DNA of 33,181 bases from contig NC_068986.1 in the NCBI RefSeq assembly GCF_001194135.2, forward strand, positions 82,969,993 through 83,003,173, given 5' to 3'. How positions within the stretch are numbered: position 1 is the stretch's first letter; every line of letters begins with the position of its first letter. Below, one piece after another: positions 31,891 through 33,181 of the stretch. A program made the position numbers and the translations under genes. This DNA is from Octopus bimaculoides (Eukaryota). Under the pieces are notes generated by a model. The model saw only the letters and a program-made list of their open reading frames with translations, was not told the origin of the DNA and made no database searches.

Positions 31891-32233
31891 AACTTTGTGT
31901 TCCACATCTATCCAAACTTGAGTTATAAAAAACAGGTTGGCATCAGTTTGATGAATGAATTAGTTTTAGTCTTCAAAAGTTGATAAACATGTTGATCATT
32001 TTCAGTGAAATATTCTTATCTGAAATAGAAAGATATAAGGGACAATGAAGTATAAGCATGAAAATTATTGGAGAGAAGATATCTGACCATAAATACTACA
32101 AGTTAGATTAACAAAAAGACACATATTTACAGAGAGAAAAAAACAAGAAGCAATTACCTTACAGTCAATTCATTGGAGTAATCCCAAAACCCAACACCCT
32201 CCCCTCCCAATTCTACGGCCTTGGCCTTTAAGG

Positions 32234-33120
32234 AGGCTATCCACATGCTAGAAATAACAGCCAAATCTCACAAAACTGCGATAACATAACGAAAGAAATA
32301 TGTAATCAATCTACTCACCTTTCTGCAAAAATTTCTTTCAGAGAAATTTCCTGCAGTAATATGACAACTGGAGTCGATAACAAAACCACAATCCAGTGGT
32401 ATGAGTTTTGTAGAGAAGTGTGTTCGGGGAAGATGCTTCTGGACAAAGCTCCGCTCGGTGGTCCAGGTCACGAAGTAGAAATAGACGAGAGTTTGCTCTT
32501 TAAAAGGAAAAACCACGTCGGGAGAGTAAGCCATCAAACGTGGGTTGTTGGATGTTATGACATCACAGTGAAGAAAGGGTTTCTTCAACGTGTTCCTGAT
32601 CGAAGCGCAGCAACACTTGAGGCAGTAATTATTGAGAATGTGTTACCGGGTACTGTAGTACATACCGACAAATGGGCCAGCTACAGGAATTTAGAACAGC
32701 TGGGTTATATTCACAGGACGGTGAACCATTCAACAAATTTCGTCGACCCTGAAACTGGCGCTTGTACGAACCATATTGAGGGCTACTGGTCCCGAATCAA
32801 AAGACGGCTGAAATATGTGACTGGATCATCGGGTGACATGAAATGGTCCCGCGTTGATGAGTCAATGCATCGAGAAATGTATGGATTTACTGCGAAGAAA
32901 AGCTTTGAGAATTTCTATACATTTATCGAACACATTGCGGAAGTTTATCCTCCCTAAACTCCATCAGCGCGGCTTCCCCGAACAAACTTATCGACGAAAT
33001 TAGGAAATTACTCTGAAAGAAATCTCTGCAGAAAGGTGAGTAGATTGATTACACATTTCTTGTTTTATTTTATCGCCTTTTTATGAGATTTGGCTGTTAT
33101 TTCTAGCATGTAAATAGCCT
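32234..33120. repeat. 119-bp inverted repeat pair flanking the Merlin transposase (32234-32352 and 33002-33120)
   Basis: Ungapped manual alignment gives 13 mismatches in 119 bp (~89%). Each arm contains GCAGAAAG|GTGAGTAGATTG, pointing outward. Confidence 0.92.
32361..32957 (+). CDS. Merlin-superfamily (ISXO2/IS1595/IS1016-like) DDE transposase, 198 aa, apparently lacking the N-terminal region
   Basis: GGPGHEVEIDES, KRKNHVGR, DRSAATL, PGTVVHTDKWASY, GYIHRTVNH, FVDPETGACTNHIEGYW. The three acidic catalytic positions (IDE, TDK, IEG) are present and there are no internal stops. Confidence 0.88.
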   Translation: MTTGVDNKTTIQWYEFCREVCSGKMLLDKAPLGGPGHEVEIDESLLFKRKNHVGRVSHQTWVVGCYDITVKKGFLQRVPDRSAATLEAVIIENVLPGTVVHTDKWASYRNLEQLGYIHRTVNHSTNFVDPETGACTNHIEGYWSRIKRRLKYVTGSSGDMKWSRVDESMHREMYGFTAKKSFENFYTFIEHIAEVYPP

Positions 33121-33181
33121 GTTTGGGGGGGGGGTAACAATCATAATTTACGTGTTTTTACGCATATATATATATATATAT

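Noticed and set aside
32232-32957. ZNF-transposase fusion protein
   Set aside because: The transposase and the adjacent ZNF are on opposite strands, and the plus-strand donor lies after the transposase stop. No in-frame fusion is supported within this window.

Overview
AT-rich, repeat-dense eukaryotic genomic DNA with two N-gaps. The effector-less tandem C2H2 genes and the repeat families point to an octopod cephalopod (Octopus-like); this is an inference, not a database match. The window holds four single-coding-exon C2H2 zinc-finger (ZNF) genes: 6 fingers (-, 6429-6959), 32 fingers (+, 11944-14769), 11 fingers (+, 20163-21245) and 10 fingers (-, 30961-31890). They sit among mobile-element debris: two mariner relics, a DD37D/maT-like Tc1-mariner, a Merlin (ISXO2/IS1595-like) transposase ORF, RTE and L1/Tx1 LINE fragments, a gag-knuckle ORF1 relic, three CRE-clade endonuclease relics, tRNA-derived SINEs and several fold-back/MITE elements. 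The most interesting features are: (1) an open Merlin DDE ORF between 119-bp inverted arms that each carry an AAG|GTGAGT donor, the left one positioned to splice into the adjacent ZNF gene; (2) three same-strand CRE-clade relics; (3) a 207-bp MITE with a 9-bp target-site duplication (TSD) and an internal (CCCTAA)n...(TTAGGG)n core; (4) a 14/12/4-finger higher-order repeat in the long ZNF; (5) fossil fingers in ZNF untranslated regions. Everything was read by eye, so family labels and identities need confirmation.
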